A DNA stretch of 64,000 bases. It comes from Sphyrna mokarran (taxonomy: Eukaryota). This document shows positions 22,953 to 34,855 of this stretch, piece by piece. The translations under genes and the position numbers were made by a program. The stretch is from NCBI GenBank assembly GCA_024679065.1, contig JAGIQG010000006.1, positions 39,618,001 to 39,682,000 on the forward strand. Reading direction: 5' to 3'. Numbering within the stretch: position 1 is the first letter of the stretch; every line of letters begins with the position of its first letter. The notes below the pieces were generated by a model. That model ran no database searches, was not told where the DNA came from, and saw only the letters and a program-made list of their open reading frames with translations.

Positions 22953-25345
22953 CCATAAGACTATAAGACATAGTAGTAGACTTAGGTCACTCGGCCCATC
23001 AATTCTACTCCGCCATTCAATCACAGCTGATATTTTTCTCATCCCTATTCTCCGTCCTTTTCCCCATAATCCCTGATCCTCTTATTAATCAAGAACCTAT
23101 CTGTCTCTGTCTTAGACTCAATGGCCTGGCTTCCACAGCCTTCTGTGGCAAAGAGTTCCACAGATTCACCATCCTGGCTGAAGAAATTCCTCCTCATCTC
23201 TGTTTTAAAGGATCATCCTTTAAAGAGGAGATTTAAGAGAGGAGATTGCAGAGCCTCTGGCTCTGATCTTCAGGTCGTCGTTGGTTACGGGTATGGTTCC
23301 GGAAGACTGGAGGATAGCGAATGTGGTCCCATTGTTCAAGAAGGGGAAGAGAGACTTCCAGGGAATTATAGGCCAGTGAGTCTTACTTCTGTTGTGGGCA
23401 AAGTATTGGAGAGAATTATTAGGGATAGGATTTATAGTTATTTAGAGAGAAATGAATTGATTGGGGATAGTCAGCATGGTGTTGTGAAGGGTAGGTCGTG
23501 CTTTACTAACCTTATTGAGTTTTTTGAAAAAGTGACCAAAGAGGTGGATGGGGGTAAGGCGGTTGATGTGATATATATGGACTTTATTAAGGTGTTCGAT
23601 AAGGTGCCCCATGGAAGGCTTCTGCAGAAAATGCAGATGTATGGGATAGAGGGTGATTTAGCTAATTGGGTTAGGAATTGGCTAGCAGATAGAAGACAGA
23701 GGGGGGTGGTTGATGGGAGATATTCATCTTGGAGTTCGGTGACAAGTGGTGTACCTCAGGGGTCTGTTTTGGGGCCCCTGCTGTTTGTAATTTTTATAGA
23801 TGATCTGGATGAGGGTATTGAGGGATGGATCAGTAAATTTGCAGATGATACTAAAGTTGGTGGTGTGGTAGATAGTGAAGAGGGGTGTTTTAGTTTACAG
23901 AGTGACTTGGACAAGTTGCAGAGCTGGGCCGAGAGGTGGCAAATGGAGTTTAATGTGGAAAAGTGTGAGGTACTGCACTTTGGCAGGAACAATAAATGTG
24001 TAGAGTATAGGGCTAATGGTAGGGCTCTTAATAGTGTTGAGGAACAGAAGGATCTTGGTGTATGTGTCAATAGATCCCTGAAAGTAGGCAGTCAAGTGGA
24101 TAAAGTTGTTAAAAAGGCATATGGAGCCTTAGCTTTTATTGGTAGGGGGATTGAATTTAGGAGCCGCAGCATCATGTTGCAACCGTACAAAACTCTAGTG
24201 CGGCCGCACTTGGAGTATTGTGTGCAGTTCTGGTCCCCACATTATAAGAAAGATGTGGAGGCATTGGAGAGGGTACAGAGGAGGTTTACCAGGATGTTGC
24301 CTGGTATGGCGGGCAGGTCTTATGAAGAGAGGCTGAGGGATTTGAGGTTGTTTTCGTTAGAAAGGAGGCGGCTAAGAGGAGACCTCATCGAAGCATATAA
24401 GATGATTAGAGGTTTAGATAGGGTGGACAGTGATAGCCTTTTTCCTAGGATGGAGAAAGCTAGCACGAGGGGACACAGCTTTAAATTAAAGGGTGATAGT
24501 TATAGGATGGATATCAGAGGTAGGTTCTTTACCCAGAGGGTGGTTAGGGAGTGGAGTGCCCTGCCTGCGGCAGTTGTAGATGCGCCAAGTTTGGTGGCGT
24601 TTAAGAGGTTAGTTGATAAGTTTATGGAAGAGAAGGGAATGGTTTAGTTTGGAGGGTCATTGCTTTTTATAATGGTCAGCGCAACATCGAAGGCTGAAGG
24701 GCCTGTTCTGTGCTGTAATGTTCTATGTTCTATCCCTTCACTCTGAGGTTGTGTCCTCTGGTTTGAGATTTTTCCTACTAATAGAAACATCCTTTCCACA
24801 TTCACTCTATCTAGATCTCGTATATCCTGTTTCAATGAGATCCTCCCTCATCCTTCTAAACTCCAATGAGTACAGATTTAGAGTCCTCTACCGTTTCTCA
24901 TACAATAAGCACTTCATTCCAGGCATCGTTCTTGAGAACGTCCTCTGGACCCCTTCCAAGCCAGCAGACCCTTCCTTAGATATAGGGTCCAAAACTGCTC
25001 ACAATACTCCAAATGGGGTCTGATCAGAGCCTTATACAGCCTCAGAAGTACATCACTCGTCTTGTGTTCTAACCTTCTTGACATGAATGCTAACGTTGTA
25101 TTTGCCTTTCCAACTACCGATTAAACCTCCACGTTAACCTTAAGACAATCTTGAACAATCTTGTTGCTGATTTCCTAAGCATTTCCCCATTTAGAAAATA
25201 ATCTATGCCTCCAATCCTCCTTTCAAAGTGCATAACCTCACAGTTTTCCACATTGCATTCCATCTGCCACTTCTTTGCCCACTCTCCTAGCCTGTCCAAG
25301 TCCTTCTGCAGCCCCCCCCTAGTTCCTCAATACTATCTGTCCTCT
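22953..25345 (-). mobile_element. CR1 LINE (same family as 3010-4268), split by a younger CR1 insertion
   Basis: 22953-23220 and 24732-25345 join into a continuous reverse complement of the 3.0-4.3 kb copy (aaaggatcatccctt|cactctgagg). Minus ORFs read DRLGEWAKKWQMECNVENC and DLDRVNVERMF. Confidence 0.9.
23222..24733 (+). mobile_element. Young 5'-truncated CR1 LINE with an open RT frame (about 23352-24647)
   Basis: RT motifs PGNYRPVSLTS, GVPQGSVLGPLLF, KFADDTK and YKTLVRPHLEYCVQFWSP; one frameshift near 23350; short 3' UTR with an (atgttct)n tail. Confidence 0.95.
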
Positions 25346-26194
25346 ACATATCCTTTGAATCCTTGGGGGGGGTGCAATCCCACTGTCTGTCCAGTGGTGT
25401 TACTGCATACACATGCTCTTCCTGCATCAATCCTGAAGCAAAGTCAATCAGATTTTAAACCTTTAACTCTGGCCAGCATGGTGGCTCACCATTGACACTG
25501 GTGGGATCCTCCAGTCCCATTAAAGTCGACAGTTTTTTGCATGTATGTCTTATCCCACCACCAAGAAATTGGGGTTGGGTTTGACTTGACAGAACCAGAA
25601 GATCCCACCACTGGGAAATGCTGGAACATACCACACCCTCTCTCCACTGATCCTGCCAGATGGGTTGCATTTTTCTAGCATTTTCTGTTCTTATTCCAGC
25701 CTCTGGCTCTTGGGGTCCTTGACAGTCTCTGCAATAGGCAAATTGCCTATTGTGTGCAATTTTTTTGCACCTGTAAGAATCTTAATTTGACAGCTTAGGC
25801 ATCTTAGGCATAATTTAATAATATTATAGAAGAGATGGAGAGAGGGAGCGGACACACAAGTTGTTCTACTGAGAAAGTGGACCTTGCTGCCACACAGTGT
25901 CCAATCAAAAATGCCACTCTCTCTCCAGCACTTCCAAGCACAAAGAAAACCACCAGAGTTTGCCTGATGATGGTGCCACCATTGGGTGAAGTGCCTAATC
26001 AAGTGTGTGGGGTCTTAAGTTGCCCTTAATTTTCCACTTAGGAGGCTCAATTGGCCTAAGGGCCATCCATCACTTTCTGTTGCTGCTAAAATGCCAGTGA
26101 CAGCAGGAGGGCACCAGACATATCACCACTTCAACCCCACCCAATCCTTCGCCCCACCCCCTGCCTCCCTTCTCCCAGCATGACTCCCCTCCCC

Positions 26195-26252
26195 TCATAA
26201 ACCTGTTGGACTTTAACCTGGTGTTGTGAGACTTCTTACTGTGCTTGCCCCA
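26195..26252 (+). mobile_element. Short 3'-end fragment of the Penelope hairpin family
   Basis: ataaacctgttggactttaacctggtgttgtgagacttcttactgtg is nearly identical to the arms at 26622, 59927 and 60719. Confidence 0.8.
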
Positions 26253-26302
26253 TAAAAATCCAGCTTATGTTTTTGAAACTATGCTGCTGCCACTTGAATT
26301 AA

Positions 26303-27185
26303 ACATCTACTTGTATTTATATAGCACCTGTAATGTTGTAAAATGTCCCAAGTTGCTCTACAGGAGTGTATCAAACGTAATTTGACATTGAATCACTTCG
26401 GCAATATTGGGAGAAATGACCTAAAGATTGGCCATAGAGGTGAGTTTCAAGGAGCATCTTAAAGGACGAAGAGAAGATGATAGACTTAGGGAAGGACTTT
26501 CAGAATCTATGGCCTTGGCAGCTGCAGTAAGAAGTCTCACAATACCAGTCAAAGTCCAATATGTTTATTTAGTGGCACAAGCCACCAGCTTTCGGAGCGC
26601 TGCTAGCGGCTTGTGCTACAAATAAACCTGTTGGACTTTAATCTGGTGTTGTGAGACTTCTTACTGTGTTTACCTCAATCCAACACTGACATCTCCACAT
26701 CTTGGTAGCTGAAGACATGGTATAATGATTAAAATCAAGCATGCACAAAAGGTTAGGATTGGTGGAGTACAAATATGTCAGGGGGGATTGCAACGCAGGA
26801 GGATATCACAGAAACAGATGGATGTGAGGCCCTGGAGGGATTTGGAAACAAGGAATGAAAATTTTAAAATTGAAGCATTGTTTAACTGGAAACCAATCTA
26901 GATCCACAAACTCAGGGATGAAGACTTGGTTCAAGTTAGGACATCAGCAGATTGTTGGATGACTACAAGTTTATGGATGTAGAGACTTACCTCTAGTGTG
27001 TTGGAATACTGATGTGTAGAGATTAAAAAAAAATGGCTGAGGATTTCAGCAGCAAATGAGCAAAGGAAGGAGCTGAGTGAGTCCAGCAGTGCTGCAGAGA
27101 TGGAAATATGTGGTCTCAATCATGCTGCAGCTATGTGGTTGGATACTCATCTTGAAATCTGTTTCATCCTTGGGTGGTTGCCAAG
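26303..27185 (-). mobile_element. L2-type LINE 3' fragment, interrupted by a Penelope hairpin
   Basis: ORF 26931..27119 (AAEILSHFFLISTHQYSNTL...HKLVVIQQSADVLT) resembles the L2 C-terminus AAETLIHAFVTSRLDYSNALL...QNSAARVLT. A paralogous copy lies at 58510-59060. Confidence 0.75.
26525..26700 (+). mobile_element. Penelope-derived fold-back insertion with an 11-bp TSD
   Basis: Inverted arms cagtaagaagtctcacaa...tttattt / aaataaa...ttgtgagacttcttactg. TSD cttggcagctg (26514-26524) / cttggtagctg (26701-26711). Confidence 0.8.
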
Positions 27186-28476
27186 TTGAAGAATGCCATT
27201 GGTGGCTAGCAAAATCTTTTATGGCAGGGACTGCAAATTCTAATTGGCTAAATTCTGCCACAGATTTTAAGAATTTGACATTGAGACCAAATGGGGATCC
27301 CCAGGCTTCTCTTGCCAGGAGTGAAACCAACAGAGGAGTCCTCCCAGAATCAGTTTATAGATGGACCCTTATTAGGTCGTGCTGCAGTAAGGAGGCTGAA
27401 AAGTCTAAAGCCACAGTGGACCCACCAAGACCGGTGGGCCCAGCTGACGCTTTAACATGAAGCTGGGCATACTGGTCTGTACAGCAACAAGCAAATAAAA
27501 ATAATCCAGACTGGTAGATACATAGAAATAGAAGGGAACCCCTCACTGGACTGGTCTAGATGTCTGTTTAGGAATGATTCTTTGTGCTTGGAGTCTCTGG
27601 CTCCGATCAGCTTCCAGTTCCAAATACAAAGTTCACAAACATCCTGCCCGAAGTTTTGCCAATTCATACAATTTTAGACACAATTTAAAATCCCAACATA
27701 GTTTACTCGCTGGGAAGTCTGTGGAATGATTGGAATACCCAATTTTACACTAAAGCGAGCTATAAAACCAACATTGCACCAGCATCTGTCAGTTTCCCAA
27801 CCAGTGGGTTGTATTTAAAATCTACCACTCCCCTTTATGTTTGCTGAATGTGCAGAAACTAGAATTGCAGAATTGATAATGCTAAAAACATCAACATTTC
27901 ATATTCTATTATGGCGATGGACATAAAGAAACTAAGCTGAAATGTGTGTAAAATAGTTATGGGTTCTGCAAAGTGATCCTTCCAGTCAGATAAATTTGCA
28001 AGGAATTCAGTAAACAATCAAAGAATAATCTGCTAATGTGCTGTCATATTACAGATTTTGTTTAATCAACCACAGTTTCAGATGAAAGAGAATTGTCTTG
28101 AAAAGTCTATGGAATTCAAAATTAAACATTTTTATTTGATCGTGTATCCTTAACTGCTTAATGATGATACAAATGGTTCGGAAACTGATGAGAGTAAAGT
28201 TTGTGACAGAACAATTTTATTCGAATAAAAACATGAGAAATTTTTTTTCAATATTGTTGCTGAAATTAATTTAGAGCAGTCTGTATTTCAGTTGCACTGT
28301 TTTACTTATGCTAAACTTTTAATGAACTAGCTCACTTTTCAGGACTTGAACAATCAATAATAATTATTGTAAAGGTTAAACTGAAAACAGGAAAAGCAAA
28401 TGCATTCCAGTGATGCATTACTGCACACCAGCAACACTGTTGCAATTTGGTTTTGTGCCCACATGCTGAATTATTT

Positions 28477-31400
28477 GGGGGCTGAATTGGATAATCCCAG
28501 AAGAATATGTGGGAATCATGATGCGTGCCATTTTCACGCAGCCTGCGCAATGTAATGTTTAATTGTGCAATCAGACCAACCTTTGCTGTACTTCGGCTAC
28601 GTCATTAGCAGGAGGCCCAGTATTGTTCCTTGCCAGTACTTGGCTGTGTTGCATGATTTATAGCTAATCTACATCTTTTGTGACTGCTGGACGTACTGAT
28701 ATTATTGGAAATAGAATGGATCAACAAACAAAAATGCCTGACCATGGTTTTCTGAACTGCACTGGAGGAAGGAAACACAACAGAGGAAAGTTAAGCCTTG
28801 TATTCAGAGAAGGCAGGAGGCTCTCCAAGCACACAATAATTGTGCATGTCAGTGCTAAGAATTGAGTCCTGAGGAACCTGACGCAATATTGCAAGACATT
28901 TCTTGAGTTCCCACAAGTGGTCAAGATTAGTGACCACTTCAGCAACTGCTCAATTCACAACCATCATTCGTCTAGCAACAATCTGTATTAATCAGGACTC
29001 GCACCTAGCAATCATATGCTTAAACTCCTCCTCACATACCTAACCCCACTGCATGCCTCACAGGTTGCATACAATGCCAGCTTTTCAACCATGGCAGTCA
29101 CATCACACAAACATATTGCATGATATTCACTTGACACACTTCTCTTGCAGGACAAGGTGGTATAAACCTGAGACAGCAGGTATTATCCAGAGGCAGAGAA
29201 GTACACTTGCATGTTCTAACTTCCATAGAGGAGAGAGTGCTGGCTAAATGGGAAGCAACATTGCTAAGGCTGTGGCCAGTATTACAGCTGAATCCATTGA
29301 AGATATAAGTATTCTAAAACTTAATCCTTCTTCTCACATTCCACTTTCCCTCATCCTACATTCTCTTTTAATTTACAAGCTGCAGACGATGTAAGCATCC
29401 CTTACTTCCCCTCACCATGACCTTACCTTTATTCCATTCTCCTTTCAGATAACCCAAGAAGTTCAACATAGCCAGGCAATAGAGGATGACTAAGAAAATA
29501 GTAATGATGAAGACATACAATCAATTGATTTTGCACTCGCAGTCACCAGTTCAGATGTTGGAAATGTGCATACTTTAGAGAATAGCATTGAGGTGGGATT
29601 TGCACTTCATGGAACACCAAGTACAAGCACATAGCAGCCCTGGAAGAAACAAGGGTAGCTCCAGGTCACAGGAGGATGAGTGCATACACAAGATGGTCTG
29701 CAGAGGACTGAGCTGAGTAGTTTGGTCCAGGCTGTCGAAGAACATTAAAAGCTGCACACAACAAAATGCTTGGTACATTGGTTAGCCTGTCCAGAGGCCT
29801 GCATTCAATGTCAAGGAACATGGTGGAGTCAGCTGCCTGCTTGACACAGGGCTTTACCTCGAAGCTTATCCTTGCCAACATGGCCAACTCCAAAACACAC
29901 ACAAATCCATCCATTTTGCAGAGAATGATGGCCGATGCCTTCCGTTGCAACACAGGAAGCTTTCATCAAAAGTCTGCAAGCTTGACTTCCTGCTATTCAA
30001 ACTCAGACTCTGCCATCCCTGGCTATGGATACATATTCAAAAAAACTTGCAAGGTCCCACATCAAGGTACCTATCCTTCTTGGGCTGCTTGGGCAGGGTC
30101 CCAGAGAGTGGTCGTGGCTTTTGAATGCAGCATCCATAATTGCCACACTGCCAGTGCTCCTTATGTTGCCAGGCAATTACCAAGTTAGTACAGTCTGATT
30201 CTGGGCCTTCAAACCCCTATGCTGCTTGGGAATATCCTGCAAGGCCGTATGCATCTTCCCCATTGAAAATCAGATGTGTTCCATCAGCCATGGTGCAGCT
30301 AGTGCATGGTGCACTATCTGTAACATTAGGCTTGACAAAGACAGGCAGCAAGGGAAAACGCAAGATTGAATATTTGATTGTTGAATGTAATATTTTGAAA
30401 TGTTGTTGAATGAAGCTGATATGGAATTATTTTTGTGATGTCTTTACTTCAGGATTCTTACCAAGAAAACACTATAATGTTAGGGATGGTGAGGTGTGGA
30501 ATTGTGGAGCAACAGCGATCTGGGGCCTTTTCAGGGAAATGGGGTCTGATTAAATGCTCATGGAAAGCTCATCTGAAAGAATGATGTCCTGGATGCTTCC
30601 TCATCCTCCTATTTCCCCTAAAATGGTCACGGAAGCCCTGATCACGAGGACCAGGTTGTGGAGGACACAGCAAACCAGCACAAATAAGGAGGCCTGTTCC
30701 ATTGAGTATGGAATGTTCTCCTGAGTTCATGCAATGAAGCTATTGCTTCAGAATATGGATGATTTGCATTGTAAAAGTGCTAACTGCATGTGATTGAGTA
30801 GTGAAGTGGAATTGTCAGCCATGTATATCAGCAAGTATGTTTGTCACTAAGCAATCACCTTTTGTCCCAAAGTGGTGACTTGGAGATGGTTGGAACAACT
30901 GACTAGCACAGGATAAAATTTGACAAAGAGTCACCCGAACTCGAAACATCAGCTCTTTTCTCTCCTTACAGGTACTGCCCTACCCACTGAGATTTTCCAG
31001 CATTTTCTCTTTTGGTTTCAGGTTCCAGCATCTGCAGTAATTTGCTTTTATACAGGATAAAATTGCCCTGTTGGATGGCAGAATAATACAACTCTACTAA
31101 CATAGTGATTTTTGCAGTTGCATACCAACTAAACAATTCAGCAACCAATGCCTCCTATCCCCTGGAACACACCTGCTCTTCTACTTCTCACTGCTTAGAG
31201 CTAAGTCAATGAAACTTCCTGTTGTGGCATATCGGGCCTTGGTGACATCCCACATGTAATAATAGATAGTGAACTGGGTTTAATGATAACATTACTGGCT
31301 TCAGTCTGGAAAGTTACATTGGTGTAGAAATTGAAGCCTACAATGACTTTGGTGGTAACTGGCAAGCCATCCTCACCTTGCTCTGTGGCTATTGTCCAGT

Positions 31401-31997
31401 TTGAGGAGGTGACTTGGTTCTGTGACTTTAAAACATAGCTGCAGCAGACACTGTTCAGGCAGGAAGAGCATTCTCTCAAGACCAACTTGGCAATGAGAGC
31501 TGTACTTGTTCTCTACCCTCTAGGAGCAGCTTCTCTCTGTTGCCTCTGATCCAGCTCACTGTCATGTTGCGGCCCAAGAGAAACTACTGCAACCATAGTC
31601 TCTAAGATTGGACTTATAAGCCTTTCAAAACCACACTCTGTCTTCCAGAAGTTCAGCAGCGTTTCCTTTTCACTGAAGAAAGCCCAGTAATTCCTTCATC
31701 AACTCCATTAACTCTGCAGCAGCAAAAAATAAAGTCAAAAACACCTCATATGAAAATTAAATAGTAATGCCTTTAAAAAAAACTCTGGTAGGAGCTGGGG
31801 TGTGTGGGCATAGTCCCATAAATGTGTTTAAGCATGGGGGTTAACAGGATTGGCGAGGATCAAAATGGTAAATCCAGCACCAAATCAACAATGAACACTG
31901 ACTGACACCACCCTCTGTCCTCTCTCTACGTTCTTCTGGCACCCATACTGGATACCGGTGCTACTTACTTCAAAACATGCGTCAGAATTTTATGCTA
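28477..31997. mobile_element. Decayed, near-complete PIF/Harbinger transposon: Myb/SANT-like gene on + (about 28710-30370) and DDE transposase on - (about 30540-31750)
   Basis: Plus strand: PWFSE..ALE, HVSAKN*VLRNLTQYCKTF and a QDKV..N.RQQ...LTSIEE remnant. Minus strand: GLPVTTKVIVGFNFYTNVTFQT, AGVFQGIGGIGC (cf. GFPGVIGAIDCTH) and *LLSDK..TWLTIPLHY (cf. WLLGDSGY..PWLLTP). Boundaries are approximate. Confidence 0.75.
30921..31051 (+). mobile_element. Penelope terminal fragment nested in the Harbinger transposase, with a perfect 13-bp TSD
   Basis: acaggataaaatt at 30908-30920 and 31052-31064. The insert matches the right arm of the 49284 element. Confidence 0.85.
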
Positions 31998-32375
31998 TAC
32001 GACAGATACTCTAGCTTGTTGATAATGTCTCTGTTATTTTACAAAAAGTAACAAAAGAAACTCAATGTATATTATTGTTCAGAATATGAGGTTTGTGCAA
32101 TAATTCTATGTACCCAGTGCTAAGGTTTATTCAGTGGGAATTAGGTTGAGATGAGATGACAACACAGTAGAATTGCTGAATCTGTTCTTATATCGTTGTG
32201 TCAAACAGGTACGTTTCAGTGTAATACATGTGTAGAAAACACTTATACTTAATGCACAATTTAACTGAGTTTAAATTTTGATACATTAAGATTTTGATTG
32301 AACTAGTATCACATCATAGAATAGAAATAAATACATGTTTGCTCGAGTGTATTGGTTCTTTTCTATTGCCAACAG

Positions 32376-32442
32376 TCACTTGGAGGAGTCCCAGGAACGC
32401 AGCCATTGCTGCCCAGTGGGATAGATCCAACACGGCAGCAAG
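32376..32442 (+). CDS. SSBP2: SSBP2 coding exon D ([23 protein letters not shown]), 67 nt, phase 0-1
   Basis: Acceptor ttgccaacag| and donor AAG|gtaagt. Homologous to SSBP2 [23 protein letters not shown]. Confidence 0.95.
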
Positions 32443-34320
32443 GTAAGTACATTTTTCAGTTCTCTAATATACTTCACATTTGTTGGCAATGGTTTTACAA
32501 ATGTTCCAATGTTTTGAAAGAGGTGTAATATTTTGTGATTTTTTTTTTCTTATGGCAGGGAGATGGAATTAAAACCAAGAAATAGTTAAGGCATAGAATT
32601 TAAATTGATTTTAATATGCATTTTTTTGGTGAAGCCACTCCAGTGCAGATTCTCCCACTGCAGAATTGGTGAAGGTCATTTTGGCTGGTGCCCTGATCTG
32701 CACTTAAGCTGATTAAAACTTTGCATACTGAACAATGACCTAAATTTTCATCATGAAGGCAGGTATCAAGAGTTGTGGATTTTTCTCAATATTCCAATCC
32801 TGCCTTTGTCCTGACAAGGCTAGCTGTTTGGATATTCATCCATGGGAGGCTGGAATGGCCCAGAGTTGGGCCAGCTGCCCCTCAAGCTGCTGCTAAAGTG
32901 GTCAGACCTATCTTCCATTCACTGAGACAGTGACCTAGTTCTGCATATTAGTGTAGATCCCTCATTTTACCCTATTCATTCAGTCACCCAATACTCACTT
33001 CCTAAACACAATTCTTGAACCTACAATAACATTTGGAAGCCTTTGGAAATTAATTAATCTATCAAAATAACTGAAAATGGAGCCTGTAATACAAAATGAC
33101 GTTTCCCAACACAGCAAGACTTGCAGTGCAGAATCCATTCATTCTTGTGAAAACAGCCTAAGTCTCAGACATCTGTTGAAGCTCTCAGACAGCCAAACAG
33201 ATGGCTGGGACTGTTCTTTAAAGAATGAATGAATGAATGGAAAAATTTCAACAATTAGCTATTGATCTCCCATAGAGAAATGCTTAATAATGTGCAACGT
33301 AGAATAATATCTCATCCAGTAGATGATCTGTTCTGATACATTTGAAGACTTTTCCACTCATACAATCCTGTGCTTTTACTTAACAGTTTGCCAGTTCCAA
33401 AAGTAACAAACTGATAAACACATTATGCAATGGTTGCTTATCTTTCCAATTGCATCACTGTCACAATTCACTTCAGTAACAACAAATAAAACACAGACTA
33501 CAGAATTTCATGATGAACTGTAAAGGGGCAACTCCGTTTTATATACCTTATATATAAGGTATATATAACCTGACCTTCAATCCACCAGGTATGATTTTAA
33601 AAAGGCATGTAAAATACCTGCATATAGAATGGTGTTGCCAACTTCTAAATATAAGAGTATGGAGCTTCCACACCAACACAACTGAAGATAACTGAAGATG
33701 GATATGGGGGACAGGATGTTTTGCTTCCTTGCTCTTGCCACCATTTTCTTTCCACCTGGCTCCTTGCAGGATTAAGGACCACAAAATGAGGCCCAAAGTC
33801 TTCAAAAATCTATCTTTATTTGGGCAAGACAGTGTTAGAAATGTCTACAGCTTAATACAGAAAGATTATTCTCAACATTTACCACAAGTGTTATCTGTAC
33901 TTTATAAGATGTATATTAAATTGCATCTCTTAGCTGATACAACACCTCCTAATTTGCTGAAGATTGCATTTCCTCTTATTTTCTTCCTCTTCATAAGCCA
34001 TCTCTCATGGAGGTGTCAAGTGTAGCCAGTATTACAGATGTATAAAACCAATACAAGTTCCACAAAACTTTACCTTGAAGACTCTATGTGAAAGATTTTG
34101 CTCATATCAACTTAGCTTTATTTGATTTTAATTTTGGTTAATGTGTATGTATTTGTACATGTTATTACTACTAATCTTATTGCTGAATACTGTATGTTTT
34201 AATTTGAAATCCATAAATCAATTGAAATGTACTACCCTTTCCATAGTCCTTTATGATCACTTGAAGGAATTTGTGAACCGTGAAAGAGTTAATTCACTTC
34301 TATGATATTTTGCCAATCAG

Positions 34321-34394
34321 GACATCCAACCATGGGTGGACCGATGCAGAGAATGACTCCTCCAAGGGGTATGGTTCCCCCCTTAGGGCCACAG
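34321..34394 (+). CDS. SSBP2: SSBP2 coding exon E ([25 protein letters not shown]), 74 nt, phase 1-0
   Basis: Acceptor tgccaatcag| and donor CAG|gtaatt. Continues the frame from exon D and matches [24 protein letters not shown] with one extra Pro. Confidence 0.95.
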
Positions 34395-34677
34395 GTAATT
34401 AGTAAATGTATATACGTTACTTGCAAATATTAAAGTTTGTACATTAATTTGTCAGATATGCAATATATTTATTTATAATTGGCTAAGTTGTACATTAGAA
34501 ATCCTGCCTGGTAATCCATGTTTTGATGTAGTTGTGAAGCTTTAAGTTTCCACTGAACTTACAGTATTATTCATGTTAAAAACACAGGCCACTGTCCTAG
34601 AATTTTACTAGAGAAATCATTAACCTACTTTCCTTTCTTTCCCCCTTTCTCTCTGGTTTTTCTTTTCTTTATGGTAG

Positions 34678-34701
34678 TCTGACCCTTGGTTATCATTGCA
34701 G
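34678..34701 (+). CDS. SSBP2: Alternative 5' extension of exon F (SDPWLSLQ), 24 nt, from an upstream acceptor
   Basis: A long pyrimidine tract runs into atggtag|TCTGACCCTTGGTTATCATTGCAG|AGT, giving two in-frame AG acceptors 24 nt apart with no stop. Confidence 0.8.
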
Positions 34702-34769
34702 AGTTACGGAGGAGGAATGAGACCCCCGCTGAATGCTTTAGGTGGTCCAGGCATGCCTGGAATGAACAT
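34702..34769 (+). CDS. SSBP2: SSBP2 coding exon F ([23 protein letters not shown]), 68 nt, phase 0-2
   Basis: Acceptor cattgcag| and donor CAT|gtaagt. [17 protein letters not shown] is SSBP2-type. Confidence 0.95.
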
Positions 34770-34855
34770 GTAAGTAAAGTCATAGATATTTCTTGTGTGT
34801 GGTCTTTCAAGAGAAACATTAACTAGAAAATAGAACATAGAAATTATGATAATAC

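Noticed and set aside
23121-24647. 508-aa ORF as a host gene, domesticated RT, or retron/DGR-like system
   Set aside because: It is a 5'-truncated CR1 ORF2 with a CR1 tail. The N-terminus is an accident of antisense and out-of-frame sequence, and there is no endonuclease domain or accessory gene.
26525-26670. Hairpins as miRNA genes, terminators or CRISPR repeats
   Set aside because: The copies are dispersed, flanked by TSDs and lack a repeat-spacer period, and the genome is eukaryotic.
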